A stretch of DNA of 64,000 bases from Caulobacter sp. (GCA_017744495.1 JAGIBE010000235.1:4154-68153), one strand, 5' to 3'; numbered from the stretch's first letter, positions 1-9,561 are shown. Made by a program: numbers and translations. Notes: generated by a model from the sequence alone, not told the origin.

Positions 1-2
1 AG

Positions 3-191
3 GCGGATACCAGCCGCCGGGCCGCCTTGCTGGGACCGGGCGCCAGCCTGCTGGGCTGCGGCGCGGGGCCATTGCTGGCGTCGTTCGTGGTCAACGGCGC
101 CGATGTGCGGCCGGCGGTCTGGCTGGGTGTGGGGCTGGCGCTGGTCACTCTGATGATCGTGGCCTTCCTGCACCTGACGCGATCGCGCTAA
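3..191 (+). CDS. C-terminal end of a membrane protein, probably an MFS transporter (partial, runs off the left edge)
   Basis: Open frame ADTSRRAALLGPGASLLGCGAGPLLASFVV...VWLGVGLALVTLMIVAFLHLTRSR ending at TAA 189-191; two hydrophobic helices with an MFS-like G-x-GPLL pattern. Confidence 0.6.
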   Translation, partial: ADTSRRAALLGPGASLLGCGAGPLLASFVVNGADVRPAVWLGVGLALVTLMIVAFLHLTRSR

Positions 192-260
192 GGGTTCGCG
201 CGGATTGGCCTTTTTCCTCGAAGCGTTCTAGTCCAGGGGAACTGGAACGGAGAAACCGCC

Positions 261-962
261 ATGCCGAAGGCGACGGCCAAGAAGACCGCCGGCCCCGACA
301 TCGCACTGGACGCCAAGCTTCAGCCGACCCAAGCGCGCGGTCAGGACACCTACGAGGTGGTCCTGGCCACGGCCGGCGAGATGCTGGGTGAGATCGGCTT
401 CGAGCAGTTGACCACCAACGCCATCTGCAAGCGCGCCGGCCTGACCCCCCCTGCCCTCTATCGCTACTTCCCGAACAAGTACGCGATCCTCAAGGAACTG
501 GGCGATCGGCTGATGAAGGCGCAGGACGACCAAGTCTTCGCCTGGATCGAGGCCGGCGGCCTGGAGGGCGACACAGCGGCCGAACGCATCGAGAAGAATG
601 TCGCGATGCTGACCGAGATGATCGAGATGACACGCCGGTTCCCCGGCGGCGCGGCGATCGGCCGGGCCCTGCGCGCGGTGCCCATGCTGCAGCAGCTGCG
701 CTTCGCCTCACGCGACATGGTCGCCGGCCGGTTCGCCGAAATTCTCAAGAGTCGTTATCCGGGTGCGTCGGAAGCTCGCGTGCGGCTGGCGATGCGGATG
801 ATGGTCGAACTGACCTACTCGGCCACCGAGATGGCCGTGGAAGAGCCGGACCAGGACGCCCTGGCGCTCAGCCGCGAGGTCTGCCTGCTGTTCGAGCGCT
901 ATTTCGACACGTTTGGCGACGTGTCGCTGGTTCCCTGGAACGACGCCTTGCCAGAACGATAG
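261..962 (+). CDS. TetR/AcrR family transcriptional regulator
   Basis: N-terminal HTH GFEQLTTNAICKRAGLTPPALYRYFPNK; GGAG RBS upstream. Confidence 0.92.
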   Translation: MPKATAKKTAGPDIALDAKLQPTQARGQDTYEVVLATAGEMLGEIGFEQLTTNAICKRAGLTPPALYRYFPNKYAILKELGDRLMKAQDDQVFAWIEAGGLEGDTAAERIEKNVAMLTEMIEMTRRFPGGAAIGRALRAVPMLQQLRFASRDMVAGRFAEILKSRYPGASEARVRLAMRMMVELTYSATEMAVEEPDQDALALSREVCLLFERYFDTFGDVSLVPWNDALPER

Positions 963-995
963 TTTTTACTATCATCACTGCATCGCCAAGGGGAG

Positions 996-2276
996 ATGCG
1001 GATGACGGGATGGAACAACTGGTCTGGCAGCGTTGCGGCCTCCCCTCGCCTGATCGCCAAGCCGCGCACGGCGGCTGAGTTGGCGTCGCTGGTCGGTCAG
1101 GCGAGTAAGGTCCGCGTGGTCGGCGCCGGCCATTCGTTCATGCCGCTGTGCGAGACCGGTGACCTGCTGCTGAACCTCTCCGACTACGAGAGCGCGATCG
1201 AAATCGCGCCCGATCGCAAGACCGTCTGGGCGCCGGCGGGCTGGAGCCTGAAGAAGCTGACCGCGGCCCTGTGGATCGAAGGCTTGTCGCTGATCAATCA
1301 GGGCGACATCAATCCACAGTCCCTGGCAGGCGCCGTCTCGACCGGCACCCACGGCACCGGCGCCGAACTGGGTAGCCTGTCGACCCAGGCCTGCGGTTTC
1401 CGCCTGATGACCGCCGACGGCCAGATCGTCGAATGCGGGCCGGATCTGAATCCCGAGCTCTATCAAGCCCAGCGCCTGTCCCTGGGCTTGCTGGGCGTGG
1501 CTGTCGAGATCAGGATCAACGTCGTTCCGGCCTACCACTTGGAGGAGCGGGTCGAACGTCGGCCGCTGGCCGAGGTGGCCGAGCGTTTGGACGAGCTGGG
1601 GGCCGCGACGCGCCATATGGAGTTCTTCGTCTTTCCGTATTCGGACGATGTGATCTTCAAGACGTTGCATCCCGTCGAGGCGGAGGAGCCGCGGCGTCCG
1701 GCCCGGGAGGTCGGCGAGGACAGCGAGGCCACGTTCCGGAAGATCTGCGACGTCTGCGCAGCGATCCCGATCCTGACGCCGTCGCTACAGCGATTGATGA
1801 TGGGGATGATGGGCAAGCCCAGCCGCCGCGTCGGGCCGGCCTATGAGATCTTCCCGTCCGAGCGGAACATCCGCTTCGAGGAAATGGAGTACGAGCTGCC
1901 GCGCGCCGCGGGCATCCCCACCCTGAAGGCGGCGATGGCCCACATCCGCAAGCGCCGCCTGCCGGTGACGTTCCCGTTCGAGTTCCGCCTGGCGGCTGGC
2001 GACGACATCTGGATGAGCCCGTTCAACGCCGGGCCCGGCGCGTCGATCTCGTTCCACCAGTACGCCAAGATGCCTTGGCGGGAACTGTTCACGGAAATGG
2101 AAGCGGTGCTGCGCGACGGCGCGGGCCGGCCGCACTGGGCCAAGCGCCACACCCTGACGACCGCCGACGTGCACCGACTCTATCCCCGCGCCGGCGAGTT
2201 CGTGGGCGCCTGCAAGACCTGGGACCCGACCGGCAAGTTCGCCAATACTCACCTGACCCAACTCTTCGGCCTCTAG
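996..2276 (+). CDS. FAD-linked oxidoreductase, D-arabinono-1,4-lactone oxidase (ALO) family
   Basis: WNNWSG start, VRVVGAGHSF flavinylation motif, GAVSTGTHGTG, FEEMEY and C-terminal GRPHWAK; no signal peptide. Confidence 0.9.
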   Translation: MRMTGWNNWSGSVAASPRLIAKPRTAAELASLVGQASKVRVVGAGHSFMPLCETGDLLLNLSDYESAIEIAPDRKTVWAPAGWSLKKLTAALWIEGLSLINQGDINPQSLAGAVSTGTHGTGAELGSLSTQACGFRLMTADGQIVECGPDLNPELYQAQRLSLGLLGVAVEIRINVVPAYHLEERVERRPLAEVAERLDELGAATRHMEFFVFPYSDDVIFKTLHPVEAEEPRRPAREVGEDSEATFRKICDVCAAIPILTPSLQRLMMGMMGKPSRRVGPAYEIFPSERNIRFEEMEYELPRAAGIPTLKAAMAHIRKRRLPVTFPFEFRLAAGDDIWMSPFNAGPGASISFHQYAKMPWRELFTEMEAVLRDGAGRPHWAKRHTLTTADVHRLYPRAGEFVGACKTWDPTGKFANTHLTQLFGL

Positions 2277-2287
2277 TGGAGACCGCC

Positions 2288-3439
2288 ATGACAGACCAAG
2301 ATCTTCACGCCGGCTTGATCGGCATTCCGGGCTCGCGCCGTGAGCTCAACACCCCGGTGCTGGTGATCGACAAGCCGGCGCTGGAGCGCAACATCCTTCG
2401 CATGGCCCAGTTCGCGGCCAGCAAGGGCGTCAAGCTGCGGCCCCACGCCAAGACCCACAAGAGCATCGACATCGCCAAGCTGCAGATCGCGGCCGGCGCC
2501 GTGGGCCTGTGCTGCGCCAAGATCGGCGAGGCCGAGGCCCTGGCCGATGGCGGGGTGTCGACGGGGCTGTTGATCACCTCGCCGGTGGTCTCGGCGCCGG
2601 CGATCGCTCGCCTGGTCGCGCTGAACGTCAGGGCGACCGACCTGATGGCGGTGGTCGACAATCCCGCCAACGTCGCCGCCCTCGGCCAGGCCGCCGCCGC
2701 GGCGGGCAAGCCGCTGAAGGTGGTGATCGACCTGGACCCCGGGATCCACCGGACGGGTGTCGCCTCGCCCGAAGCGGCCGTCGCCCTGTTCCAGGCGATC
2801 AAGGCCGAGCCGGGCCTGATCTATGCCGGCCTGCAGTGCTATTGCGGCATGCAGCAGCACATCGAGAGCTTCGCCGACCGCAAAGCCAACCTTGAGGATC
2901 GCGGAGCCTATATCCGTTCGGTGATCGACGCCCTGACCGCCGCCGGCGGGCGGCCGCCGATCGTGTCGGGTTCGGGCACCGGTTCGCACCGGATCGATGC
3001 GGAGCTGGGCATCTTCACCGAGTTCCAGGTCGGCTCCTACGTGTTCATGGACGGTCAGTACTTGGTCTGCGACATCGCCGGCGAAGGCGCGGACCAGAGC
3101 CCCTACGAGGCTTCGCTGCTGATCGATGCGCGGGTGGTCAGCGCCAACACGCCGGGCATGGTGACCATCGACGCCGGCTTCAAGGCCCTGTCGACCGACG
3201 CAGAGCCGCCCAAGGTGGTCGACGGCGCGCCGGAAGATTCACGCTACTTCTTCATGGGCGACGAGCACGGCGCGATCTTGCCGCCGCCCGGCGAGACGCC
3301 GCCCGGCCTGGCCGAGCGCGTGATCCTGGGCGCGCCGCACTGCGATCCGACCGTGAACCTCTACGACACCTATCACGTGGTCGAGGGCGACACCTTGGTG
3401 GCGCTGTGGCCTGTGTCGGCTCGGGGACGCTCGCGCTAG
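2288..3439 (+). CDS. Fold-type III PLP enzyme, DSD1/D-threonine aldolase family
   Basis: RPHAKTHK PLP lysine, QVGSYVFMD, DEHG and HCDPTVN (aldolase-type metal ligands); ATG 2288 after GGAG. Confidence 0.9.
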   Translation: MTDQDLHAGLIGIPGSRRELNTPVLVIDKPALERNILRMAQFAASKGVKLRPHAKTHKSIDIAKLQIAAGAVGLCCAKIGEAEALADGGVSTGLLITSPVVSAPAIARLVALNVRATDLMAVVDNPANVAALGQAAAAAGKPLKVVIDLDPGIHRTGVASPEAAVALFQAIKAEPGLIYAGLQCYCGMQQHIESFADRKANLEDRGAYIRSVIDALTAAGGRPPIVSGSGTGSHRIDAELGIFTEFQVGSYVFMDGQYLVCDIAGEGADQSPYEASLLIDARVVSANTPGMVTIDAGFKALSTDAEPPKVVDGAPEDSRYFFMGDEHGAILPPPGETPPGLAERVILGAPHCDPTVNLYDTYHVVEGDTLVALWPVSARGRSR

Positions 3440-3568
3440 CGTCTCCCTGATCGCCTTCGTCAAATGAGGAGTTTGGAGGAGGTCGCCTAGGGCAATCCCT
3501 CGATATTCACCATGGGGGCGTCAAGCCCATGCTGCCGGCCTGAGGGATCCGTCCGGAGGCCAAGGCCC

Positions 3569-4336
3569 ATGTGTTTGTTTCGAAGGATTTTGGCTGGGAG
3601 CGTCGCTCTGCCGCTGGCGATCGGGTTGGGCGCGGCGCAGGCCCAGCAGAGCACCGCCACCAAACCCGACTCCGACGCCCTGGCCGCCCTGAACAAGATG
3701 GGCGAGGCTCTGCGCGCCATGGACGCCTTCACCCTCACCGCCGAGGTGACGACCGAGGAGGTGCTCGATAGCGGCCAGAAGCTGCAATACGGCGGCGACC
3801 TGAAGATCGAGGCCCAGCGCCCCAGCGGCTTCAAGATCCACATGGATTTCGACCACAAGGAGCGCGAGATCTATTACGACGGCAAGTCGATCACGCTGTT
3901 CGCGCCCAAGGTCGGCTACTACGCCTCGGTCCCCGCTCCGGCGACGATCGGGGCCACCATCCAGACGATCCAGGACAAGTACGGCGTGGAGGTCCCGCTG
4001 GCCGACCTGTTCCAGCTAGGCGTCGATCCGTCCCTGACCGCCCGCATCCAGTCTGGGTTCGATGTCGGCCCCGAGAAGGTGGGCGGCGTGGCCTGCGAAC
4101 ATTACGCCTTCCGCCAGGCGGCGGCGGACTGGCAGGTGTGGATCCGCAGCGACGGGCCCGCCCTGCCCTGCAAGATGGTGATCACCACCACCCAGGACCA
4201 AGCCCAGCCGCAGTACACCGCCGTCATGACCTGGGACGCCAAGGCGCCAGCCCAGGCTGCCTACACCTTCAACCCGCCCGCCACCGCGCATCGCATCACC
4301 GTCGCCGACCTGTCGGCGGCGGGGCAGACGAAATGA
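3569..4336 (+). CDS. DUF2092 family periplasmic protein (LolA/LppX-like fold predicted)
   Basis: Signal peptide ending AQA; GQKLQY, YYDGK, PLADL, CEHYAFRQ...DWQVWI, LPCKMVIT, QPQY motifs typical of DUF2092. Confidence 0.85.
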   Translation: MCLFRRILAGSVALPLAIGLGAAQAQQSTATKPDSDALAALNKMGEALRAMDAFTLTAEVTTEEVLDSGQKLQYGGDLKIEAQRPSGFKIHMDFDHKEREIYYDGKSITLFAPKVGYYASVPAPATIGATIQTIQDKYGVEVPLADLFQLGVDPSLTARIQSGFDVGPEKVGGVACEHYAFRQAAADWQVWIRSDGPALPCKMVITTTQDQAQPQYTAVMTWDAKAPAQAAYTFNPPATAHRITVADLSAAGQTK

Positions 4337-4926
4337 GGGCCGACGCCATGAACAAGATCCAGCAACAGGCCGTGGCGCTGACGGCGGCGATCGCCCTCCA
4401 GGGCCTGCTCGCGCCGGCGCCGGCGATCGCTGCCGACGTCCTGGCCGGTCAGGGCCTGCTTCCCAAGTCCGCCTCGACCGCTGATTGCCAACGTCGCGGC
4501 GGTGGAGGGGGGCACGTCGCCGCACCTCGCGCGGCTCCGGCCGGCGGTGGTGGAGGACGAAATGTGCGTTCCAGCGCCAGCTCGAACGTCAACCACAACG
4601 TCAACGCCAATCGGAACGCGAACTTCAACAGCAACGTGAACCGGAACACCAACGTCAACGTGAACCGGAACGTGAACGTCAATGTCGACAACAACTACGG
4701 CTACCGGAACGGCTGGGACTATCATCCGGTCGCAGCTGGTGTGGCCATCGGCGCCACGGCCGCGGTGACCGCCGCCGTCGTCGGCTCGGTGGTCTACAGC
4801 GTGCCGCCCAGCTGCTCGACGGTCATCGTCAACGGGATCAGCTACTCGCAATGCGGCAGCACCTGGTACGCGCCGCGCTATTCGGGAACGACCGTCGAAT
4901 ACGTGGTGGTCAACCCGCCGGGCTGA
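4333..4926 (+). CDS. Secreted protein with Gly-rich linker, Asn/Val repeat tract and Cys-paired C-terminal domain (DUF6515-like)
   Basis: ATGA overlap with the DUF2092 stop; signal peptide; NVNHNVNANRNANFNSNVNRNTNVNVNRNVNVNVDNN; C-terminal PPSC...VNGISYSQCGSTWYAP. Confidence 0.8.
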   Translation: MRADAMNKIQQQAVALTAAIALQGLLAPAPAIAADVLAGQGLLPKSASTADCQRRGGGGGHVAAPRAAPAGGGGGRNVRSSASSNVNHNVNANRNANFNSNVNRNTNVNVNRNVNVNVDNNYGYRNGWDYHPVAAGVAIGATAAVTAAVVGSVVYSVPPSCSTVIVNGISYSQCGSTWYAPRYSGTTVEYVVVNPPG

Positions 4927-4934
4927 CCGACCGC

Positions 4935-5552
4935 TCAGGTCGGCCGGTACATCTGAAACTTCCCGGCCTCGTCGATCCCGAAATAGTCGGCGGGACCGCC
5001 GCCGCGCAGGATCGGTTCAGCGGCCACGGTGTCGTAGACGCCGTCGACCAGCAGCGCTCGGTCGATATGGACCATTATCACCTCGCCCAAGGTCAGCCAG
5101 GCATCGATGGGCGCGCCCTCGGCGTCGGTCAGGCGGACCAGCTGGGTCAGGCGGCATTCGAACGCCACAGGACTTTCGGCCACGCGCGGGGCGACGACTC
5201 GTGTCGACGGCGCCGCCGTCAGGCCGGCCAAATCGAATTCATCGACCTCGGGAGGCGCCATCGCGGAAGTGGCGTTGACGGCCCGGGCCAGCGGACGCGT
5301 CGCCAGGTTCCACACGAACTGGCCAGTCTCCTCGATGTTGCGCACCGAGTCCTTCCAGCCCGTGCTCGAGAACCCGATGATCGGCGGCCGATAGTTGAAG
5401 GCGTTGAAGAAGCTGTAGGGCGCCAGGTTGCGCACGCCGGCGGTGCTGATTGTCGAAATCCAGCCGATCGGGCGCGGCGCGACGATGGCGTTCAATGGAT
5501 CGTGCTTCAGGCCATGGCCGGTCTTGGGATCGTAGGAATGGATCGCGGTCAT
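4935..5552 (-). CDS. Flavin reductase family protein (DIM6/NTAB)
   Basis: APRPIGWIST, NLAPYSFFN, KDSVRNIEETG, ESPVAFEC. Confidence 0.92.
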   Translation of the reverse strand: MTAIHSYDPKTGHGLKHDPLNAIVAPRPIGWISTISTAGVRNLAPYSFFNAFNYRPPIIGFSSTGWKDSVRNIEETGQFVWNLATRPLARAVNATSAMAPPEVDEFDLAGLTAAPSTRVVAPRVAESPVAFECRLTQLVRLTDAEGAPIDAWLTLGEVIMVHIDRALLVDGVYDTVAAEPILRGGGPADYFGIDEAGKFQMYRPT

Positions 5553-5609
5553 GGGCGCCTCGTCTTGCCGACCCCGTCTTAGGGGGACAAGCCGCGAGCC
5601 GCCAGCGCG

Positions 5610-6314
5610 TCAGACGTGGTTCTGATCGACCCGCGCGTCCGAGAGGTTCGACAGCTCGGCCATGATGAGCTGGGCGGCGAGCCAAGCGGGTTCGTCGTCG
5701 TGGGCGACCTCTCCGCGTTCCAGTAGGGCCGCCAGCTTGGCCCTCGCGCGGCAGACGCGACTCTTCATCGTGCCCTCGGGCACGTCGCACATCTCGGCCG
5801 CTTGGCGATGGGAGAAGCCGCCGGCCCCGACCAGGATGGTCGCTTCACGCTGCTCGTCGCTCAGGGCGTTGAGGGCGTTGCGCAGGTCGTTGAGCATCAG
5901 AGATTGGACCTGATCGGTTCCCACCGCCGGGATCTGGGCGCTCATGGCCAGGTCCAGCGGCGTCTCGCGCCAGACACGCCGGCGCTGCGAATAGAAGTGG
6001 TTGCGCGCGATCTTCAGAATCCAGCCCTTGAAGTTGGTGCCGGGCGTGAATTGGGCCCGGTGCTGCCAGGCCTTCAACAGGGCGTCCTGGGCCAGATCGT
6101 CACCCCTCGCCATGTCGCCGCATAGGCTGCGGGCGAAAGAGCGGAGGACGGGGATGCTGGCCACCACCTGGCGCCGGAAATCATCCTCGTCGAGCCGCGC
6201 GGATCGCTCGGTCGGCGGCGCGAAGCTGCGGGACTCGCCGGCGACCTCGGCTTTGGAGGCGCCCCAGCGGGCGGAGGTCTCGGCCAGTTTCTCGGTCGGG
6301 CTGCGGTCCGTCAT
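5610..6314 (-). CDS. ECF sigma factor, EcfG/SigT-like paralogue
   Basis: Region 2 LRSFARSLCGD...DDLAQDALLKAW...FTPGTNFKGW...RNHFYS; region 4 EQREATILVGAGGFS...GTMKSRVCRAR. Confidence 0.88.
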   Translation of the reverse strand: MTDRSPTEKLAETSARWGASKAEVAGESRSFAPPTERSARLDEDDFRRQVVASIPVLRSFARSLCGDMARGDDLAQDALLKAWQHRAQFTPGTNFKGWILKIARNHFYSQRRRVWRETPLDLAMSAQIPAVGTDQVQSLMLNDLRNALNALSDEQREATILVGAGGFSHRQAAEMCDVPEGTMKSRVCRARAKLAALLERGEVAHDDEPAWLAAQLIMAELSNLSDARVDQNHV

Positions 6315-6366
6315 AAGGCGCTCCGGGATTCAGCGTCGTGGGGGGCGAGATTGCGCATGGCGTTGG

Positions 6367-7023
6367 TCATAGCGGGGTCGAGATCCACGGAAGGCCGAAC
6401 ACCGCGACCAGTCCGCGAAGCATGAAGGTGACGCCCAGCGCGGCTTGCAGGATGCTGAACACCCAGCCCAGCACGCTCATGGTGGGCAGTCCGACGGTGC
6501 GCATCACCGGACCGGCGAAGATCATGCCGACGATGTTGAGCAGCATGATCAGACCCAGGACGATCACCAGGCCGACCAGACGGTTCTGGTCCTCGGCGAC
6601 CCCGACGAACAACAGCAGGGCGACCAGCCCCCACGGGGTGATGATGCCGGGGATGGCCAGCGGCGAGATCACGATGCTGATCGGCCGAGCGGCGGCCGGA
6701 TTGGCCGGCGGGTGTTCGTCGCGCGGGACCGGCGGCGTGAGCACGGTGGACAGGATCCTCAGCGATCCGATCAGCAGCAGGAAGCCGCCCGTGATGAGCA
6801 GCGCCTCGCGGGAGACGCGCCAGTTGGAGGCCAGGGCCGAGCCGACCACGGTGGCGACCACCAGGATCAGGAAGGCCAGGACCGTGCTCTTCAGCGCCAG
6901 CCCGAACCTGGCCTTGGCGTCCAGTCCCTGGGTGACGCCGAAGAAGGCCGGGATCAGCTTCAACGGGCCGAGCGTCAGGAAGAAGATCGCGAAGATAAAA
7001 CTCAGATTGATGGGCGCGGCCAT
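6367..7023 (-). CDS. MarC family membrane protein
   Basis: FFLTLGPLKLIPAF, SPLAIPGIITPWG; six hydrophobic segments. Confidence 0.85.
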   Translation of the reverse strand: MAAPINLSFIFAIFFLTLGPLKLIPAFFGVTQGLDAKARFGLALKSTVLAFLILVVATVVGSALASNWRVSREALLITGGFLLLIGSLRILSTVLTPPVPRDEHPPANPAAARPISIVISPLAIPGIITPWGLVALLLFVGVAEDQNRLVGLVIVLGLIMLLNIVGMIFAGPVMRTVGLPTMSVLGWVFSILQAALGVTFMLRGLVAVFGLPWISTPL

Positions 7024-7077
7024 GACGTTCTCGACAAAAACACTGGTCGGGGAGCGGCTAACGTCGGAAGTTTCACG

Positions 7078-7683
7078 TCAGCCCGCCGGCGGCGCGCCTT
7101 GCGGCAGGGTCTTGACCATGTCGGCGACGATGGCGTTCAGCCCGTCCTGGGTGGCGTCCTTCTGATCGACCCGCTTTTGCGAGGTGGCTCGCCAGGCCAG
7201 CTTGCCGGTCGAGGTGTCAACCAGGTCCAGCATCACGGCGCCTTCGGTGTAGTTGATCGAGCGGATGTCGACGTCCATCGGCGCGCCGTACATGCCCCAG
7301 CCATAGCCTCCGATGCAGCCGCGGATGCCGCAGGCCACCCCGCCCGGGCCGCCCATGCTGGTGGCCGAATAGTCGGTCTTGTTCTGGAGGCCGATATGGT
7401 AAGCGACCAGCAGCTTGGCTTGAGAGGCGTCGACCTGGCGGTAGCCCTTGGCGGCCAGGTTGGTGTCGACCGCGGTGCGGATGCGGTCGCGCATGATGTC
7501 GTTGTCGACGCGCGGGTCGCCGCTTCCGGCCTGGGCGGGCGCCCAAGCATAGGTCGTGCCGGGCAGCGGCGTATTGCCGGTGAGGACCGAGACCTTTCCG
7601 CCGGGGCTTTCGCAGCCGACCAGCGGCAGGCAGGCGGCGACCGCCGCGACAAGAAGGGCTTTGGCCATGAACCTGGAGGACAT
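7078..7683 (-). CDS. DUF4136 family lipoprotein
   Basis: Lipobox LVGC; TYAW, LAAKGY, Gly/Tyr-rich loop, YTEGAVMLDLVD...LAWRA. Confidence 0.85.
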   Translation of the reverse strand: MSSRFMAKALLVAAVAACLPLVGCESPGGKVSVLTGNTPLPGTTYAWAPAQAGSGDPRVDNDIMRDRIRTAVDTNLAAKGYRQVDASQAKLLVAYHIGLQNKTDYSATSMGGPGGVACGIRGCIGGYGWGMYGAPMDVDIRSINYTEGAVMLDLVDTSTGKLAWRATSQKRVDQKDATQDGLNAIVADMVKTLPQGAPPAG

Positions 7684-7831
7684 CGGTCGGACTCCTGCTC
7701 GAATGCGGCGTCCCGTCTTACTTTCGCGCGGCGCCGTTCGAACTCTCCGCCCGGCGCGGAGTGGTCTCAATCAGGTGAAACCCTGGCCGTACGGGGTAAT
7801 CCCTTGAGTTGAGCGTGGCCGTGTCCCGGGA

Positions 7832-7867
7832 GAAAGAAAAAGGCCGGCGGATTTCTCCGCCGGCCTT
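7832..7867 (-). terminator. Rho-independent terminator of the sulfatase gene
   Basis: AAGGCCGGCGGA-TTTC-TCCGCCGGCCTT stem-loop with an A-run on its left (U-tail on the minus strand). Confidence 0.85.
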
Positions 7868-7889
7868 AAAAACAAGGGATGTGCGGGCG

Positions 7890-9425
7890 TCAGTCGCCGC
7901 TGGCCTGGTGCATCTTCGCCAGGGCGTCGTCGACGGTGAAGCTGTTGGGCCGCTGCACCGGCGGGAAATCCTTGAAGGTCGCCGCGAACTTCGCCGCGCC
8001 GGCCTGGGCCGCGAAGATGAAGTAGTCGTTGTGCAGGAACCAATCGTAGTAGGTGTTGGACGTGATGTCCGCGAACTCGTAGGGGTCCGTGCGCAGGTTG
8101 AAGAGCTTGGGCAGCCGCAGTCGGGTGAACGGCTCGGCCCACACTTGCATCGTGCCTTGGCAGCGCTGCTCCATGAACACGATTTTCCAGTTGTCGTAGC
8201 GCATGGCCAGCATGTCGCCGTCGTCGCTGAAGTAGAAGAAGAAGTTACGAGGGCTCTTCTCCTCCTCGCCTTTCAGGTACTTGAGCAGGCTGATGCCATC
8301 GATGTGGTTCTTGTAGGTGCGTCCCCAGGCCTGATAGCCCTGCTTGAGCTTGTCGACGACATCCGGCGCCCCGGCCATCTCCAGGAAGGTCGGGAACCAA
8401 TCGTGATGCTGGACGATGCCGTTGGCGATCGAGCCGGGCTTGACGTTGCCTGGCCAGCGAACGATCAGCGGCACCCGGAACGCGCCTTCCCAGTTGGTGT
8501 TCTTCTCGCTGCGAAAGGGCGTCATGCCGCCGTCCGGCCAGGAGTTCCGGTGGGGGCCGTTGTCGGTGGAATACTGGACGAAGGTGTCGTCGGCGATGCC
8601 AAGTTCATCAAGCAGATCGAGGATTTGGCCGACGTTTTTGTCGTGGTCGATCATGGTGTCGTGATAGCGCGACTGCCACCGTCCGGCCTGGCCGACGCTG
8701 TCGGCCTTGGTATGGGTGAAAAGGTGCATGTGGGTGGTGTTGACCCACACGAAGAACGGCTCGTCGGCGTCCTTGGCGGCCTTGATGAACTTGCTCGCGG
8801 CCGCGACGAACTCGTCATCGCAGGTCTCCATCCGCTTCTTGGTCAGCGGACCGGTTTCCTCGATCTTCTGTTTGCCGACCTTGCCCCAGCGCTCATGCTC
8901 GGTGGGGTCATCGACATCGGTGGCCCAGGAATGGATAACGCCGCGTGGCCCGAAGTTCTTCCGCCAGTTGGGGAAGTCCTCTTCGGTCGGATAGTCATCC
9001 ATCTCCGGTTCTTCCTCGGCGTTCAGGTGGTAGAGGTTGCCGAAGAACTCATCGAAGCCGTGGTTGGTGGGCAGCATGTGGTTCAGGTCGCCCAAATGGT
9101 TCTTGCCGAACTGACCCGTCCGATAGCCCTGGTTCTTGAGGGCCGCTGCGATGGTGATCAGCTTCTCGTTCATGCCGATCGGGGCCGCCGGAGCGCCCAC
9201 CTTCGACAGGCCCGTGCGGTAGACGCTCTGGCCGGTGATGAACGACGACCGGCCGGCGGTGCACGACTGCTCGCCGTAGCTGTCGGTGAACATCATGCCT
9301 TCCTTGGCCAGCCGATCGATGTTCGGGGTCTGATAGCCCATGAGGCCGTGCGAATAGCAGCTGAGATTGCTGATCCCGATGTCGTCGCCCCAGATGACGA
9401 GGATATTGGGTTTTCCTTTGGGCAT
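7890..9425 (-). CDS. Arylsulfatase (formylglycine-dependent, Cys-type), cytoplasmic
   Basis: KPNILVIWGDDIG, SCTAGRSSFITGQ (C-x-A-x-R), GKNHLG, STDNG, WEGAFRVP; no signal peptide. Confidence 0.93.
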   Translation of the reverse strand: MPKGKPNILVIWGDDIGISNLSCYSHGLMGYQTPNIDRLAKEGMMFTDSYGEQSCTAGRSSFITGQSVYRTGLSKVGAPAAPIGMNEKLITIAAALKNQGYRTGQFGKNHLGDLNHMLPTNHGFDEFFGNLYHLNAEEEPEMDDYPTEEDFPNWRKNFGPRGVIHSWATDVDDPTEHERWGKVGKQKIEETGPLTKKRMETCDDEFVAAASKFIKAAKDADEPFFVWVNTTHMHLFTHTKADSVGQAGRWQSRYHDTMIDHDKNVGQILDLLDELGIADDTFVQYSTDNGPHRNSWPDGGMTPFRSEKNTNWEGAFRVPLIVRWPGNVKPGSIANGIVQHHDWFPTFLEMAGAPDVVDKLKQGYQAWGRTYKNHIDGISLLKYLKGEEEKSPRNFFFYFSDDGDMLAMRYDNWKIVFMEQRCQGTMQVWAEPFTRLRLPKLFNLRTDPYEFADITSNTYYDWFLHNDYFIFAAQAGAAKFAATFKDFPPVQRPNSFTVDDALAKMHQASGD

Positions 9426-9561
9426 GATCATACTCCCGGTACGCCCCCAGGCATGGGGCGGCGCCAGATCATCACGGCCTCCTGGCCTGGAATATCGGCG
9501 GGACTCCGGGGAACGCCCCCCAAGTTCACCCTAGCGGCTGAACGGGTTCACCCGGGGGTGA

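Noticed and set aside
4580-4700. AACGTC/AACGTG nucleotide repeats resembling an array
   Set aside because: In-frame coding repeats for Asn/Val; no repeat-spacer structure, so not CRISPR
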